Origin: an uncultured delta proteobacterium
GTDB taxonomy: Bacteria; Desulfobacterota; Binatia; Binatales; Binataceae
Assembly: GCA_963765675.1 (NCBI GenBank)
Contig: CAVXXK010000001.1
Location: 1,920,001-1,984,000, forward strand
Direction: 5' to 3'
Length of the DNA: 64,000 nucleotides
Under the pieces are notes generated by a model. That model saw only the letters and a list, made by a program, of their open reading frames with translations. It was not told the DNA's origin and did no database searches. Below, one piece after another: positions 39,373 through 49,470 of this stretch. Within the stretch, counting starts at the first letter, position 1. Every line of letters begins with the position of its first letter. Made by a program: the position numbers and the translations under genes.

Positions 39373-39882
39373 ATGGAAATAATCGGTTCATTTGCAGACG
39401 AGCACCTCTGCGTGCGGGGAATCGAGGATCTCCACGAGGCCCAAGTGCGCGATTTCCGCGTCTTCTACCCGTTTCCGAGCCACGCAATCGAGCACGCGAT
39501 GCACAAGCCCAAGAGCCGGGTACGCGCGGTCGTGCTGACGGGCGGAATCCTAGGCGTGCTGACGGGACTTGCGGTAACGATCGGAACCTCGTGGGAATGG
39601 AACCTGGTGGCCGGTGGCAAACCAATAATCTCGTGGCCGCCGTTTATCATCATCTGTTTTGAGCTGATGATTCTGCTCGGCGGAATCTCCGCACTCGTGA
39701 GCTTTCTGATCAACGCCAGACTTCCGGCGTTCGAAAGCAAGCGCGGCTACCAGTCCCGCTTCAGCGAGGACCGCTTTGGCCTGGTCGTGAAATGCGATGA
39801 AGCCGACAGCGCGCGGATTGAGAATATCGAATCGATTCTGAGGAATGCAGGTGCAGAAGAGGTTTTGCGTGAGGCCGCGTAG
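39373..39882 (+). CDS. actD: ACIII subunit D (DUF3341)
   Basis: YPFPSH, GGKPIISWPPF..FELMIL, RFSEDRF. Confidence 0.9.
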   Translation: MEIIGSFADEHLCVRGIEDLHEAQVRDFRVFYPFPSHAIEHAMHKPKSRVRAVVLTGGILGVLTGLAVTIGTSWEWNLVAGGKPIISWPPFIIICFELMILLGGISALVSFLINARLPAFESKRGYQSRFSEDRFGLVVKCDEADSARIENIESILRNAGAEEVLREAA

Positions 39883-39924
39883 CCCCAAATTTTCATTGAT
39901 TCCGCGAAGCGAGGCGGACGTGCG

Positions 39925-41142
39925 ATGAGCGCGCAAGTCGAACCCGCATCCGCACTCGCCTCCGGCGCGCCTCCCGCTCCGGCCGGTCCTATCGCCGGGA
40001 CCGCATTCAAGGCCTTGATGGTGATTTTCGTCGCCGTGGGCGTGATCGGATTTGCGCTAAGCGTCGGCGGCGCAAATGCAGCCCGCGCGTGGCAGGCGTA
40101 CCTGGTCAATTTGCTGGTGTGGCTCGGAATCGCGCAGGGCGGCGTGGTGATGCTGGCGGCATTCTATCTATGCAATGGGCGTTGGGCAGGAACCACGCAG
40201 TATCGCCTGGCGGAGACCTTCGCGGGGTTTATCCCGCTTGGGTTCGTTTTATTCTTCGGACTATATTTCGGCCGCACGCTGATCTTTCCGTGGGTGCTGC
40301 ATCCGATCGCGCAAAAGGCGGCGTGGCTCAATACTCCGTTCCTGTTCGCTCGCGACGGGATCGGGCTCGCGATCATGACAGCGCTCAGTCTGTGGCTGGT
40401 GCGGCTCTCGCGCACAAAAGAGGCCACCGAATGGCAGCGCGAATCCGAAAGTATCCTGCTGGTTCCGAATCCGATTCGGCGGATCGCGCCCGCGCTCGCG
40501 ATCTGCTTCGCGATCGTCTACACGCTGATCGCGTTTGACCTTGTGATGTCGCTGGCGCCGGCGTGGCGCAGCACTTTGTTCGGCTGGTACTTCTTCGGCG
40601 GAGCGTTCTGGAGCGCCGCGGCCGCGATGGCGCTGGTTGCGGTGATCATGCGCGTACTCCTGGGCGGAAATAACGCGTTCAAAAATCCGCAGGTGATGCG
40701 CGATATCGGCCTGGTCGAATTCGCCTTCTCGGTCTTTTGGATTTACCTGCTGTTCGCTCAGTACATCGTCATTTGGTACGGCGATATTCCGGTCGAGACT
40801 TTTTTCATCGTGGTGCGAGTGTACTACGCGCCGTGGCAGGCGCTGTCGTACGCGGTGGTTATCCTGATGTGGGTGATACCGTTTTTGGTGCTGCTCGGAG
40901 TGCGGCCCAAGAAGACTCCCGCCATTCTGGGCGCGGTCTCGCTCGGCGGTGTCGTCGGAGTATGGCTCGAACGCTACGTGCTGGTAGTGCCGTCACTGTC
41001 GCCGCACGTGGTGCCGTTCGGATGGGTCGAGATTCTGGTGACGCTCGGATTTTTCGGCGCCTTCGTGCTGTGCTCGCTGCCCGGACTCGACCGGCTGGCG
41101 GCGTCCGCTACGGAGGAAGCGTGGGTGGAGGGGCACGAATGA
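39925..41142 (+). CDS. actF: ACIII subunit F
   Basis: AWQAYL, WLNTPF..R, DLVMSL..WRSTLFG, FWIYLLFAQY..IWYGDIPVE. Confidence 0.88.
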   Translation: MSAQVEPASALASGAPPAPAGPIAGTAFKALMVIFVAVGVIGFALSVGGANAARAWQAYLVNLLVWLGIAQGGVVMLAAFYLCNGRWAGTTQYRLAETFAGFIPLGFVLFFGLYFGRTLIFPWVLHPIAQKAAWLNTPFLFARDGIGLAIMTALSLWLVRLSRTKEATEWQRESESILLVPNPIRRIAPALAICFAIVYTLIAFDLVMSLAPAWRSTLFGWYFFGGAFWSAAAAMALVAVIMRVLLGGNNAFKNPQVMRDIGLVEFAFSVFWIYLLFAQYIVIWYGDIPVETFFIVVRVYYAPWQALSYAVVILMWVIPFLVLLGVRPKKTPAILGAVSLGGVVGVWLERYVLVVPSLSPHVVPFGWVEILVTLGFFGAFVLCSLPGLDRLAASATEEAWVEGHE

Positions 41143-42164
41143 AACGCGCCACCGCATTCATGTCCGCTGCGATATTGGCGGCGTCGGCGATCCTCGTCGG
41201 ATGCGCACAGAGCCGCGAGCTGCCGATGACGACGCTCGCGCCCAAGTCCGATCTCGCCGACTGGATATACCGGTTATTCATCGAAGTGACGCTGTGGGAC
41301 ACGCTGGTGTTCGCGATCGTTATCGTGACCTTCCTGCTGGCGATCTTTGTCTTCTCGACACGGGTCGGCGAAGCGTCGCCGCCGTCGTCGGCGAGCTCGG
41401 ACCTGACCCTCGAAGTCGCGTGGACGCTCGGACCGGCGCTGATCCTGCTGATGATCTCGATTCCGACCGTCCGCACGATTTTCCGTTCGCAGCCGAACAT
41501 CCCGCCTATAGGGGCGCTCAAGATCCGGGTAGTCGCCCATCAATGGTGGTGGGAATTTCGCTATGGTGACAAGGATCACATCGTCACCGCCAATGAGCTG
41601 CATATTCCGACCGGAGTTCCGATTCGGCTGAACCTGCAATCCGGCGACGTGATCCACAGCTTTTGGGTGCCTCAGCTTGGCGGCAAGCGCGACGTCGTGC
41701 CGGGACAATTGAACGAGCTCACCTTCGAGGCGAGCGTGCCCGGAATGTATCCGGGGCAATGCGCCGAGTTCTGCGGCGAGTCGCATGCCAACATGCGCTT
41801 CCGCGTGTTCGTCCAGACGCCGCAAGAGTTTGCCGAATGGGAAAAGGCGCAGGCCGCCGCGCCGGTCGCGGTGGCTTCGATTACCAATCCAGCCGCGCAG
41901 GAAGGCGCAAAGATTTTCTCGAACAGCCCGTGCACCACCTGTCATATGATCAACGGCGTGTCCAAGGGTTATATCGGGCCGAACCTGACTCATTTCGGAA
42001 GCCGCACCACGATGGCGGGCGCGATCGAGGCGAACAATCCCGCCGACGTTGCGCAATGGATTATCAATCCCGAGCGCGTCAAGCCGGGCGCGCAGATGCC
42101 CGCGCTCGGACTTAGCGGCCCGCAACTCAACGACCTGGTCGCGTACCTCGAGAGTCTGAAGTAA
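41139..42164 (+). CDS. coxB: Cytochrome c oxidase subunit II with fused cytochrome c (caa3 type)
   Basis: Lipobox LVGC; HQWWWEF; DVIHSFW; CuA motif CAEFCGESHANM; heme c motif CTTCH; ATGA overlap with actF. Confidence 0.95.
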   Translation: MKRATAFMSAAILAASAILVGCAQSRELPMTTLAPKSDLADWIYRLFIEVTLWDTLVFAIVIVTFLLAIFVFSTRVGEASPPSSASSDLTLEVAWTLGPALILLMISIPTVRTIFRSQPNIPPIGALKIRVVAHQWWWEFRYGDKDHIVTANELHIPTGVPIRLNLQSGDVIHSFWVPQLGGKRDVVPGQLNELTFEASVPGMYPGQCAEFCGESHANMRFRVFVQTPQEFAEWEKAQAAAPVAVASITNPAAQEGAKIFSNSPCTTCHMINGVSKGYIGPNLTHFGSRTTMAGAIEANNPADVAQWIINPERVKPGAQMPALGLSGPQLNDLVAYLESLK

Positions 42165-42177
42165 GGGAGCTCAGTTG

Positions 42178-44655
42178 ATGGCTGCCCAGCCCAAAGCATT
42201 GCCAGTCGAAACGCAGAACTACCTGCGGGGTGGAGGCCTGATCGGATGGCTGACGACCGTCGATCACAAGCGCGTCGCGGTGATGTACGCGGTGAGCGCG
42301 CTGATCTTCATGGCGATCGGCGGAATCGAGGCGATGCTGATCAGGACCCAGCTCTGGTCGCCGAATAACCATTTCATTTCCGCGTCGGTTTACAACGAAA
42401 TCTTCACGATGCACGGCACCACCATGATCTTCCTGGTGCTGATGCCGCTGGAGGTGGGATTCTTAGCGAACTTTGTGATGCCGCTGCAGATCGGCGCGCG
42501 CGACGTCGCGTTTCCGCGCCTTAACGCGCTGAGCTTCTGGATCTTTCTCTGCGGCGCGATTTTTCTGCATCTCGGATGGCTCTGGGGCGGATTGCCGGAC
42601 GCGGGATGGTTCGGTTACGCCAACCTGACCGAGCGCTACTTCTCGCCGGGGCTGAACCTCGACTTCTGGGTGGTCGGGCTGCTCACGCTCGGCGTCTCAA
42701 CCTTGGTCAGCGGACTTAATTTCTTCGTGACGATCGTCGGGATGCGCGCCAAGGGTATGACCTTCATGCGCATGCCGATGTTCGTGTGGTCGATCCTGGT
42801 CACTTCGATCCTGATCCTTATCGCGTTTCCGCCGCTCACGGTGGGACTGGTATTCCTGCTGCTCGACCGCTTTTTCGGCACGCATTTTTACGTGGCAGCA
42901 TACGGCGCCACTCCGATTCTGTGGCAGCATCTGTTCTGGCTCTTCGGGCATCCCGAGGTTTACATCATGGCGTTGCCGGCCTTCGGAATAGTTTCCGAGC
43001 TCGTGCCGGTGTTCTCCCGTAAACCTCTGTTCGGCTATCCGATGATGGCCTACTCGATCGCGCTGATTGCGTTCCTGTCGTACGGCGTGTGGGGGCATCA
43101 CATGTTCGCGACCGGGATGGGTCCGGTGGCGGACAGCGCGTTCGCGATCACCTCGATGCTGATCGCGATACCGACCGGGATCAAAATCTTTTCGTGGATC
43201 GCGACGATATGGGGCGGCTCGCTCCGGATGACCACTGCGTTTTTCTTTGCGCTTGCGATGATCGTCGAATTCACGATCGGCGGCCTGTCGGGAATCATGC
43301 ACGCCGCGGCGCCGGTTGACTTGCAGCAGACCGATTCCTATTTCGTCGTCGCGCACCTTCATTACGTACTCTTCGGCGGCGTGATGTTCGCGCTGCTTGG
43401 CGCGATCTACTACTGGTGGCCGAAGGTCACCGGCAAGATGCTGTCCGAGCGGCTCGGGAAGTGGCAGTTCTGGCTCACGATTATCGGCTTCAATGGCACC
43501 TTCTTCCCAATGCACTTTCTGGGGATGTGGGGGATGCCGCGGCGCATCTATACCTATGGTCCGGGCCTGGGCTGGACCTCGCTCAATCGGTTCGAGACCG
43601 TCTGCGCATTCATTCTGGGAATTTCGTTCCTGATCCTGTACGTCAACATAATCAAAAGCACCACCAACGGAGAGGACGCGCCCCCCGATCCGTGGGACGG
43701 CCGCGGCCTCGAGTGGTCGATCACGTCGCCGCCCCCCGCATACAATTTCGCCAACGTTCCCGATGTCCGCGGACGCGATGCTTACTGGGTAATGAAGTAC
43801 GGCCGCGCCGGCTCGCGCGGAGTCGCGATGTTCATGGCGGGGCAGGTCCCGCCGGTGCCGGAGAGCATGAAGGCGCCGCCCACCGAGCCGATCCACATGC
43901 CCGCGCCGTCGATCTACCCGCTGCTCATCGCACTGGGTTTCGCTCTGATGGGCGTAGGTTTGATCATCGGATGGTGGCGGATCATCATTATCGGCGGCGG
44001 CACGATGTTCCTGTGCGTGGTCGCGATGTGCCTCGAATATCCGCGTTACGGGCAGGAGACGCACTCGAGCGAAGAGGCAGCGTCGTCAACCGGCGGCGTC
44101 GATTTGCGCAAGGCCGGACTGTGGACCTTCCTCGGCTCCGAGTGCGTATTCTTTGCGAGCCTGATCGCAACCTACGTCGTTTATAAGAGCCGCAATATCG
44201 GCGGACCCGGCGCGAGCATCCTCGAGATTCCACTCACCTCGGTCAGCACCTTCGCGCTCCTGATGTCGAGCCTCGGGATGGTTCTGGCGCTGCATGCGAT
44301 CCAGCAGAACCAGAAACGCTTGATGCGGCTGTGGCTCGGGATCACGATCATCCTGGGGCTGGTGTTCCTTGGCGTCGAGGCGTACGAGTTCACGCATTTC
44401 TATCATCAGGGACTCGCGATGCAGACCGACTTGTTCGGCCAGAGCTTCTTCACCCTGGTTGGCTTCCACGGCGTACACGTCAGCATCGGAGTGTTGTGGC
44501 TCGCGACCGTGTGGTTCGCTTCGTTCAGCAAAAAATTCGACAAGTCCCGCTCGCTTACGGTCGAGATGGCGGGACTGTACTGGCACTTCGTCGATATCGT
44601 GTGGGTAATCATCTTCACGCTGGTCTATCTGATGCAGCAGGTTAAGGGCGCATGA
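42178..44655 (+). CDS. coxA: Cytochrome c oxidase subunit I fused to subunit III (A1 type)
   Basis: TMHGTTM, GHPEVY, WGHH, AHLHY. C-terminal subunit III motifs FLGSECVFF, GFHGVHV, YWHFVD are in the same frame. Confidence 0.95.
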   Translation: MAAQPKALPVETQNYLRGGGLIGWLTTVDHKRVAVMYAVSALIFMAIGGIEAMLIRTQLWSPNNHFISASVYNEIFTMHGTTMIFLVLMPLEVGFLANFVMPLQIGARDVAFPRLNALSFWIFLCGAIFLHLGWLWGGLPDAGWFGYANLTERYFSPGLNLDFWVVGLLTLGVSTLVSGLNFFVTIVGMRAKGMTFMRMPMFVWSILVTSILILIAFPPLTVGLVFLLLDRFFGTHFYVAAYGATPILWQHLFWLFGHPEVYIMALPAFGIVSELVPVFSRKPLFGYPMMAYSIALIAFLSYGVWGHHMFATGMGPVADSAFAITSMLIAIPTGIKIFSWIATIWGGSLRMTTAFFFALAMIVEFTIGGLSGIMHAAAPVDLQQTDSYFVVAHLHYVLFGGVMFALLGAIYYWWPKVTGKMLSERLGKWQFWLTIIGFNGTFFPMHFLGMWGMPRRIYTYGPGLGWTSLNRFETVCAFILGISFLILYVNIIKSTTNGEDAPPDPWDGRGLEWSITSPPPAYNFANVPDVRGRDAYWVMKYGRAGSRGVAMFMAGQVPPVPESMKAPPTEPIHMPAPSIYPLLIALGFALMGVGLIIGWWRIIIIGGGTMFLCVVAMCLEYPRYGQETHSSEEAASSTGGVDLRKAGLWTFLGSECVFFASLIATYVVYKSRNIGGPGASILEIPLTSVSTFALLMSSLGMVLALHAIQQNQKRLMRLWLGITIILGLVFLGVEAYEFTHFYHQGLAMQTDLFGQSFFTLVGFHGVHVSIGVLWLATVWFASFSKKFDKSRSLTVEMAGLYWHFVDIVWVIIFTLVYLMQQVKGA

Positions 44656-45011
44656 ACGAGGCGACGCAAACGGCAGCAGCGATTGAGACGCAGGGCAACG
44701 ACGGCGAGAGCCACGTCGAGCATCCGCATCACCCCGGCGTCGGCATCTACGTCATCGTGGCGGCATTTCTGTGCGTGCTGACCGGGATGGAGATTACGGT
44801 CTTCTATGTTCCTGCACTGAAGGCGGTGATCGTGCCGGTGCTGCTGGTGCTGGCGGCCGCGAAGTTCGCGCTTATCGCGCTGTTCTTCATGCATCTCAAA
44901 TACGATAGCTGGATTCTGAGCGGCTTCTTTCTGTTTCCGCTGTTGATGGCGTTTATTCTGCTATTTGCGCTCATGGGACTGTTCGCGTATCTCTCGCATC
45001 ACTTGGGATAA
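44652..45011 (+). CDS. Cytochrome c oxidase subunit IV family protein
   Basis: Three TM segments; KFALIALFFMHLKYD. Confidence 0.88.
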   Translation: MNEATQTAAAIETQGNDGESHVEHPHHPGVGIYVIVAAFLCVLTGMEITVFYVPALKAVIVPVLLVLAAAKFALIALFFMHLKYDSWILSGFFLFPLLMAFILLFALMGLFAYLSHHLG

Positions 45012-45844
45012 TGGATTTAGACGATCTTCTGGGTGAGCATCCAAGTATCGCAATCGGCGTCGTTGCGCTCGCGATTCTCTATTGGCTCGCGTGCCGCCTG
45101 TGCAAGCGCCGTCCGACGCGCAGGCAGGTCGCATGGTTCACCGCGGCGCTGCTGGTGATCTTCTACACCCACACCGGGCTCGACGAATACGCCGACGACC
45201 GGATCTTCTTCATGCACATGCTGCAGCATCTGGTGCAGGCGTTTGTCATCCCGCCGTTGCTGCTGCTCGGAACGCCGGACTGGATGCTCAGGCCGTGGGT
45301 GATGAGCCGCGCGGTCAAACCGATCGCGCGAATCTTTACCAATCCGGTGGTCGCGTTCCTGCTGTTCTCGGCGGTGTTCGTCACCGCGCACTTTCCGCCG
45401 ATTTTCGACAAGATGTGTCGCGACGAAAATTTCCATATCTTTCTGCACCTGTGCTTCATGACGACCGGCGTCCTGCTCTGGTGGCCGATTCTGAGCCCGC
45501 TGCCCGAGCTGCCGCGGCTTTCGTACCCGGCGCAGATTCTGTACGTGTTCCTGCTGATGATCCCGATGACGGCGGTGGCGGCGCCGATCACGCTGGCAAC
45601 GCATGTGATCTATCCGTGGTACCTCGAAGGGCCGCACGGCTGGGGCATCCCGGCGCTCGACGATCAAATCCTCGGCGGGCTGCTGATGTGGATCGGGCAA
45701 GGCACCTACCTGATGGCGGTGTTCACGGTGATTTTCTACCGATGGTCCCGCAACGAAGATCGCGACGAGCCCATGATCACCGCCACGCCAACCGGCTCAG
45801 GCCCTCCGCCGCTGCGCGTGCTGGGGCCTCGCGCGCGAGCGTAA
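45011..45844 (+). CDS. ctaG: caa3-type oxidase assembly factor
   Basis: HMLQHL..PPLLLLG, LLWWPI, DDQILGGLLMW. Confidence 0.88.
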   Translation: MDLDDLLGEHPSIAIGVVALAILYWLACRLCKRRPTRRQVAWFTAALLVIFYTHTGLDEYADDRIFFMHMLQHLVQAFVIPPLLLLGTPDWMLRPWVMSRAVKPIARIFTNPVVAFLLFSAVFVTAHFPPIFDKMCRDENFHIFLHLCFMTTGVLLWWPILSPLPELPRLSYPAQILYVFLLMIPMTAVAAPITLATHVIYPWYLEGPHGWGIPALDDQILGGLLMWIGQGTYLMAVFTVIFYRWSRNEDRDEPMITATPTGSGPPPLRVLGPRARA

Positions 45845-45850
45845 TCGTCG

Positions 45851-47224
45851 CTATTCGGCGAGAATTCGCAAAGAGGTCTGTGCGGCTGCGGCTGGGACCG
45901 CGGGGCGGAAGGCGAAGCTTAGCGTCCATAGAGTTGTCGCCGAATAGACGACTCCGCCGGCAGCCGCGAGTATCGCGCCGGCGAGGACTAGCTCGATCGC
46001 GCCGATAAGGAATCCTGCAATCATCAAAGCGACTCCGCCGTCGAACGCAATGAAGACGAACCATCGCGTGCGCACGATCGAAAGCTCATCGATCGTCACC
46101 GCGGTCCATCCGCGGCCCTGCCGCGCGCGCGTGACGAACGCCGGGAACAGCTTGTACGACATCCCGATGATGAAGTTCGAGAAAAATCCGAGCAGCCCCG
46201 CGACGCCGTACGCCGGCGCGATTCGTGCGCCCCACACGCTGTCGCCGCCGAATATCGTAAGCGTGATTCCGAGCGCCAGCGCGATCGCGAGACTTGCGGC
46301 TCCCGCGAGCGCGTGGCGAGGAGTCCAGTCCATCGGCATCCGCCGCGTCGCGACGATCCGCGCGATTATCGCGATATACCAGCCCATCGCGAGCGCGATC
46401 GCGATCGCGAAAATCGTTTCCCCGCGCAGCCCGAAGAACAGCGATATCGCGAGCGCGCTCACCGCCGCCGCGAGCGCGTAGAGCTGCCAGATCGCATGCC
46501 GCGGCAGCGTGACCTTCGGCAGCAGAAACGCCGGCAGCATCCGGTACGATACCGCGCATATCGCCATCGTGACCCATCCCACGGCCGCAAGATGCACATG
46601 CGCCGAAAGATTGGTCAGCACGTTCCCCGAGAGAAAATCGTAGGTCTTGTCGATTCCCAGAATCGCGCCGAGCATCGCGGCGAGCAGCAGGAATCCGATC
46701 GCGAGCAGCATCCCGGTCTCGGCGACGCCGCGTCCGAACTGGCGCCAGAGGCACGGCACGATGTTCGCCGCGAACATCACGATGCTCACGACCACCGCGA
46801 TCGCGGCGAGCCACAACCCGACCCACGCGCCAATCGCGAAGTGCACGACCATCCCGGCTACGCCGATCGTGAAAATCGCGAGTTGCGCGTACGCGACGCG
46901 GGACGACCGGATCGGAACGTGGGTCAGCGCGGGCACGTAACGGTACATCACGCCCATGATCGCCGCAGTGATCCATCCCAGCGTGAAGGTGTGCACCACC
47001 GCGATCACGACTGCCTGGTAGAAAAAGCCCGCGGCGTACGGGACCGCGAACGGCATTGCGCACACGCCAATCGCGAAGAAAATTACCGACACGACAAAGA
47101 AAGCGACCGGAACCCGCCCGATCCGCAGGGGATCGGCGTTCGTCGCGCTGGTATCTGGATGATGCGGATGATGCGGCATCGGAGGAGAGCCGGAAGCGGA
47201 AAAAGATTGCGCTGATTCAGGCAT
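45851..47224 (-). CDS. Polytopic His-containing membrane protein (NnrS / heme-copper-like)
   Basis: About 12 TM segments; repeated HTFTLGW / HVHLAAVGW motifs; YRMLPAF and YKLFPAF. Start uncertain. Confidence 0.7.
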   Translation of the reverse strand: MPESAQSFSASGSPPMPHHPHHPDTSATNADPLRIGRVPVAFFVVSVIFFAIGVCAMPFAVPYAAGFFYQAVVIAVVHTFTLGWITAAIMGVMYRYVPALTHVPIRSSRVAYAQLAIFTIGVAGMVVHFAIGAWVGLWLAAIAVVVSIVMFAANIVPCLWRQFGRGVAETGMLLAIGFLLLAAMLGAILGIDKTYDFLSGNVLTNLSAHVHLAAVGWVTMAICAVSYRMLPAFLLPKVTLPRHAIWQLYALAAAVSALAISLFFGLRGETIFAIAIALAMGWYIAIIARIVATRRMPMDWTPRHALAGAASLAIALALGITLTIFGGDSVWGARIAPAYGVAGLLGFFSNFIIGMSYKLFPAFVTRARQGRGWTAVTIDELSIVRTRWFVFIAFDGGVALMIAGFLIGAIELVLAGAILAAAGGVVYSATTLWTLSFAFRPAVPAAAAQTSLRILAE

Positions 47225-47261
47225 CGGATTTCATACTATCGCGTACCGCCCGCGCTAGAAA

Positions 47262-47630
47262 TCACGGGTGCGCCGGCCGGTTGGGCTGGATCACGGTCAG
47301 GGCGAATGCGCTGTCCTCCAGCGCCTCGACCTCGTGCGAAATTCCATCGCCGAGAGTGAGGATCGCACCGGCTCCGAGCGTATGCGAGTCGGCGCCGACG
47401 CTGAACCGAATCGAGCCTTCGAGCACCGCGAGCGTGATCGGTCCCTCCGCGCGATGCTCATGCAGCAGGCCGCCCTTGTGCAGCGCGACCAGCACGATTC
47501 GAATCGATTCGTTCTTCACCAGCACGATCGCGGCGCGGCTGCCGGATTGCCATTGCGCGCCCGCCTTGAGCTTTGCGATCTCCGCGCCGGTGTCGAACGT
47601 CATCAGTGCGCGATCCAGTTCACGGTCCAT
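47262..47630 (-). CDS. Cupin domain protein
   Basis: LHEHRAEGPITLAVLEG, HEVEALEDS; AAGGAG RBS. Confidence 0.85.
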   Translation of the reverse strand: MDRELDRALMTFDTGAEIAKLKAGAQWQSGSRAAIVLVKNESIRIVLVALHKGGLLHEHRAEGPITLAVLEGSIRFSVGADSHTLGAGAILTLGDGISHEVEALEDSAFALTVIQPNRPAHP

Positions 47631-47649
47631 CGCTGTCTCCTTTGCATAT

Positions 47650-48192
47650 TCAATCGTCGAGCAGATGCGGGTCGTAGCCCGCCCGCTCGAGCGCGTGGCG
47701 CACGGCGGCCCGGGTCTTTTCGGTATCCAGATGCGGTTTGACCGGAACTTCGGGCGTCGCCTCGATCGCGGCGAGCAGCCGCGCGGCGTCGGCTCCCGCG
47801 AGCTGCTCGCAGGCGTCGTACACACCGCCGGGCGATTCCTCGAGCGGATTGTGCGCGGCCAAGATCGTGTGCAGCGCTTGCAGGACCGCGCGCGACACCG
47901 ACGGCATCATCAGCGCCGCCATCGCGCCGTGATCGAGCCGCAGCCGCGCGGCCAGTGGATGCGGCGCGCCGCGGCGCCTCTCGGCGTCGGGCAGCAGCAC
48001 CTTTTCCTCCATCGAGATATGCCGAAGCAGCGCGTGCCGGAATTGCGCGTAAGCTTCGGCGCCGGACGGTGACGCGAAATCGCGGGCGGCATCGAGCAGC
48101 CGATCCAGCCGCGCGTGTTCGCCGCGGAGAAAGCGATAAATCGGCCCGTGGGGGGAGATGGTCGTAGAAGACGCTGTCGATCTTTCGCTCAT
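47650..48192 (-). CDS. Hemerythrin-like domain protein
   Basis: EHARLD, RHISMEEKVLLP, DH, HNPLEE..Y. Start uncertain. Confidence 0.8.
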   Translation of the reverse strand: MSERSTASSTTISPHGPIYRFLRGEHARLDRLLDAARDFASPSGAEAYAQFRHALLRHISMEEKVLLPDAERRRGAPHPLAARLRLDHGAMAALMMPSVSRAVLQALHTILAAHNPLEESPGGVYDACEQLAGADAARLLAAIEATPEVPVKPHLDTEKTRAAVRHALERAGYDPHLLDD

Positions 48193-48371
48193 GTACCGTC
48201 GGCATGCCGTGGCCGCCGCTAATCCAAATCAAAAGCGTATCTAACTCGATCGCCGCGGACAAAGCAGAAATGCTTATATGCGCGGCAACCACTGATTGTT
48301 TTGCACTTGAGAGTTAGTTGTCGATCGGAGTAGAGACTTTGCAGAGACTCGCGGGTGCGAATGGGAGATCA

Positions 48372-49439
48372 ATGCAACATTCCCGGACCAGAATAATCAT
48401 TGACGGCGCGACCGCGGGGATTATCGGCGGGCTCGTGGTGGCGCTGTGGTTCCTGCTCTTCGACCTGTCGCGCGGTCACGGCTTCGAGACGCCCGCCCTG
48501 CTCGCGGCAACCCTGCTGCACGGGCTGCGCAACCCGACTCTGCTCCATCACAGCATGATCCGGCTGATCGCCGAATATTCGCTCCTCCATTTTGCGGCGT
48601 TTATTGTCGTCGGCGTGGTTGCCGCGTTGTTGCTCGAAGCGGCTGAAAACGAACCGCCGTTCCTTATCTCCGTTCTGATTTTTTTTGGCGCTTTCGAGGT
48701 CTTTTTCATCGCGGTCGTGCTGTTCCTCGGACCGCAGGTGATGGCCGCCCTGACGTGGTGGGGAATTATCGTCGGCAACCTGCTCGCGACCGGTGCGATG
48801 CTGGCGTACTTTTTCTGGCGCCATCCGAGGCTCGCGAAAAATCTGTTCGGCTCCGGATGGCTCCGCGTCGCACGCGAAGGCGTGTTGGCCGGCGTGGTTG
48901 GCGGCGTGGTGGTCGCGATCTGGTTTCTTGGCTACGACCTTGCCAGCAGCGATCTGTTCCGGACCCCGACGATTCTCGGCGCGATGATTTTCCGGGGTTC
49001 GGAGGGCGCTGCCACCGCGCATGCCTCGGCGGCGCTGGTGCTTGGTTACACCGTGCTACACTTCTTCGCGTTCGTGGCCTTCGGCCTCGGCATCGCGATC
49101 CTGCTGGCGGCCTCCGAATGGGAGCCGTTCCTCGCGCTCGGAGTATTTCTGCTCTTCGCGGTGTTCGAAGTTTTTTTCGTCGGCTTCGTCACCGTGCTCG
49201 ATTCGTCGGTGGTGTCGCAGCTCGGATGGTGGAAAATCGTGGCGGGAAATATTCTGGCGCTGCTCGCGATGGCCGCATTCTTCATGCAGGGGCATCGGGG
49301 ACTGCGCTTGAAGCTGGTCGAGCGATGGGCGACGCTCGACATGGACGGGCAGGAAATGGGCGAGCTGGGTGTCGCGGCAGAGTCGAATGGCCACACGGCC
49401 GACAACGGCCAGAGCCACGCCAAGCCGATGCAGCCGTAG
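48372..49439 (+). CDS. Membrane protein made of two tandem homologous halves
   Basis: The unit G..AG..GG.VVA.WF..D / TP / Y..LHF.AF / FEVFF / WW.I..GN.LA..AM occurs twice. Confidence 0.8.
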   Translation: MQHSRTRIIIDGATAGIIGGLVVALWFLLFDLSRGHGFETPALLAATLLHGLRNPTLLHHSMIRLIAEYSLLHFAAFIVVGVVAALLLEAAENEPPFLISVLIFFGAFEVFFIAVVLFLGPQVMAALTWWGIIVGNLLATGAMLAYFFWRHPRLAKNLFGSGWLRVAREGVLAGVVGGVVVAIWFLGYDLASSDLFRTPTILGAMIFRGSEGAATAHASAALVLGYTVLHFFAFVAFGLGIAILLAASEWEPFLALGVFLLFAVFEVFFVGFVTVLDSSVVSQLGWWKIVAGNILALLAMAAFFMQGHRGLRLKLVERWATLDMDGQEMGELGVAAESNGHTADNGQSHAKPMQP

Positions 49440-49470
49440 AATTCGTCCTGGCGCGCTCGTGGCGCGCGCG

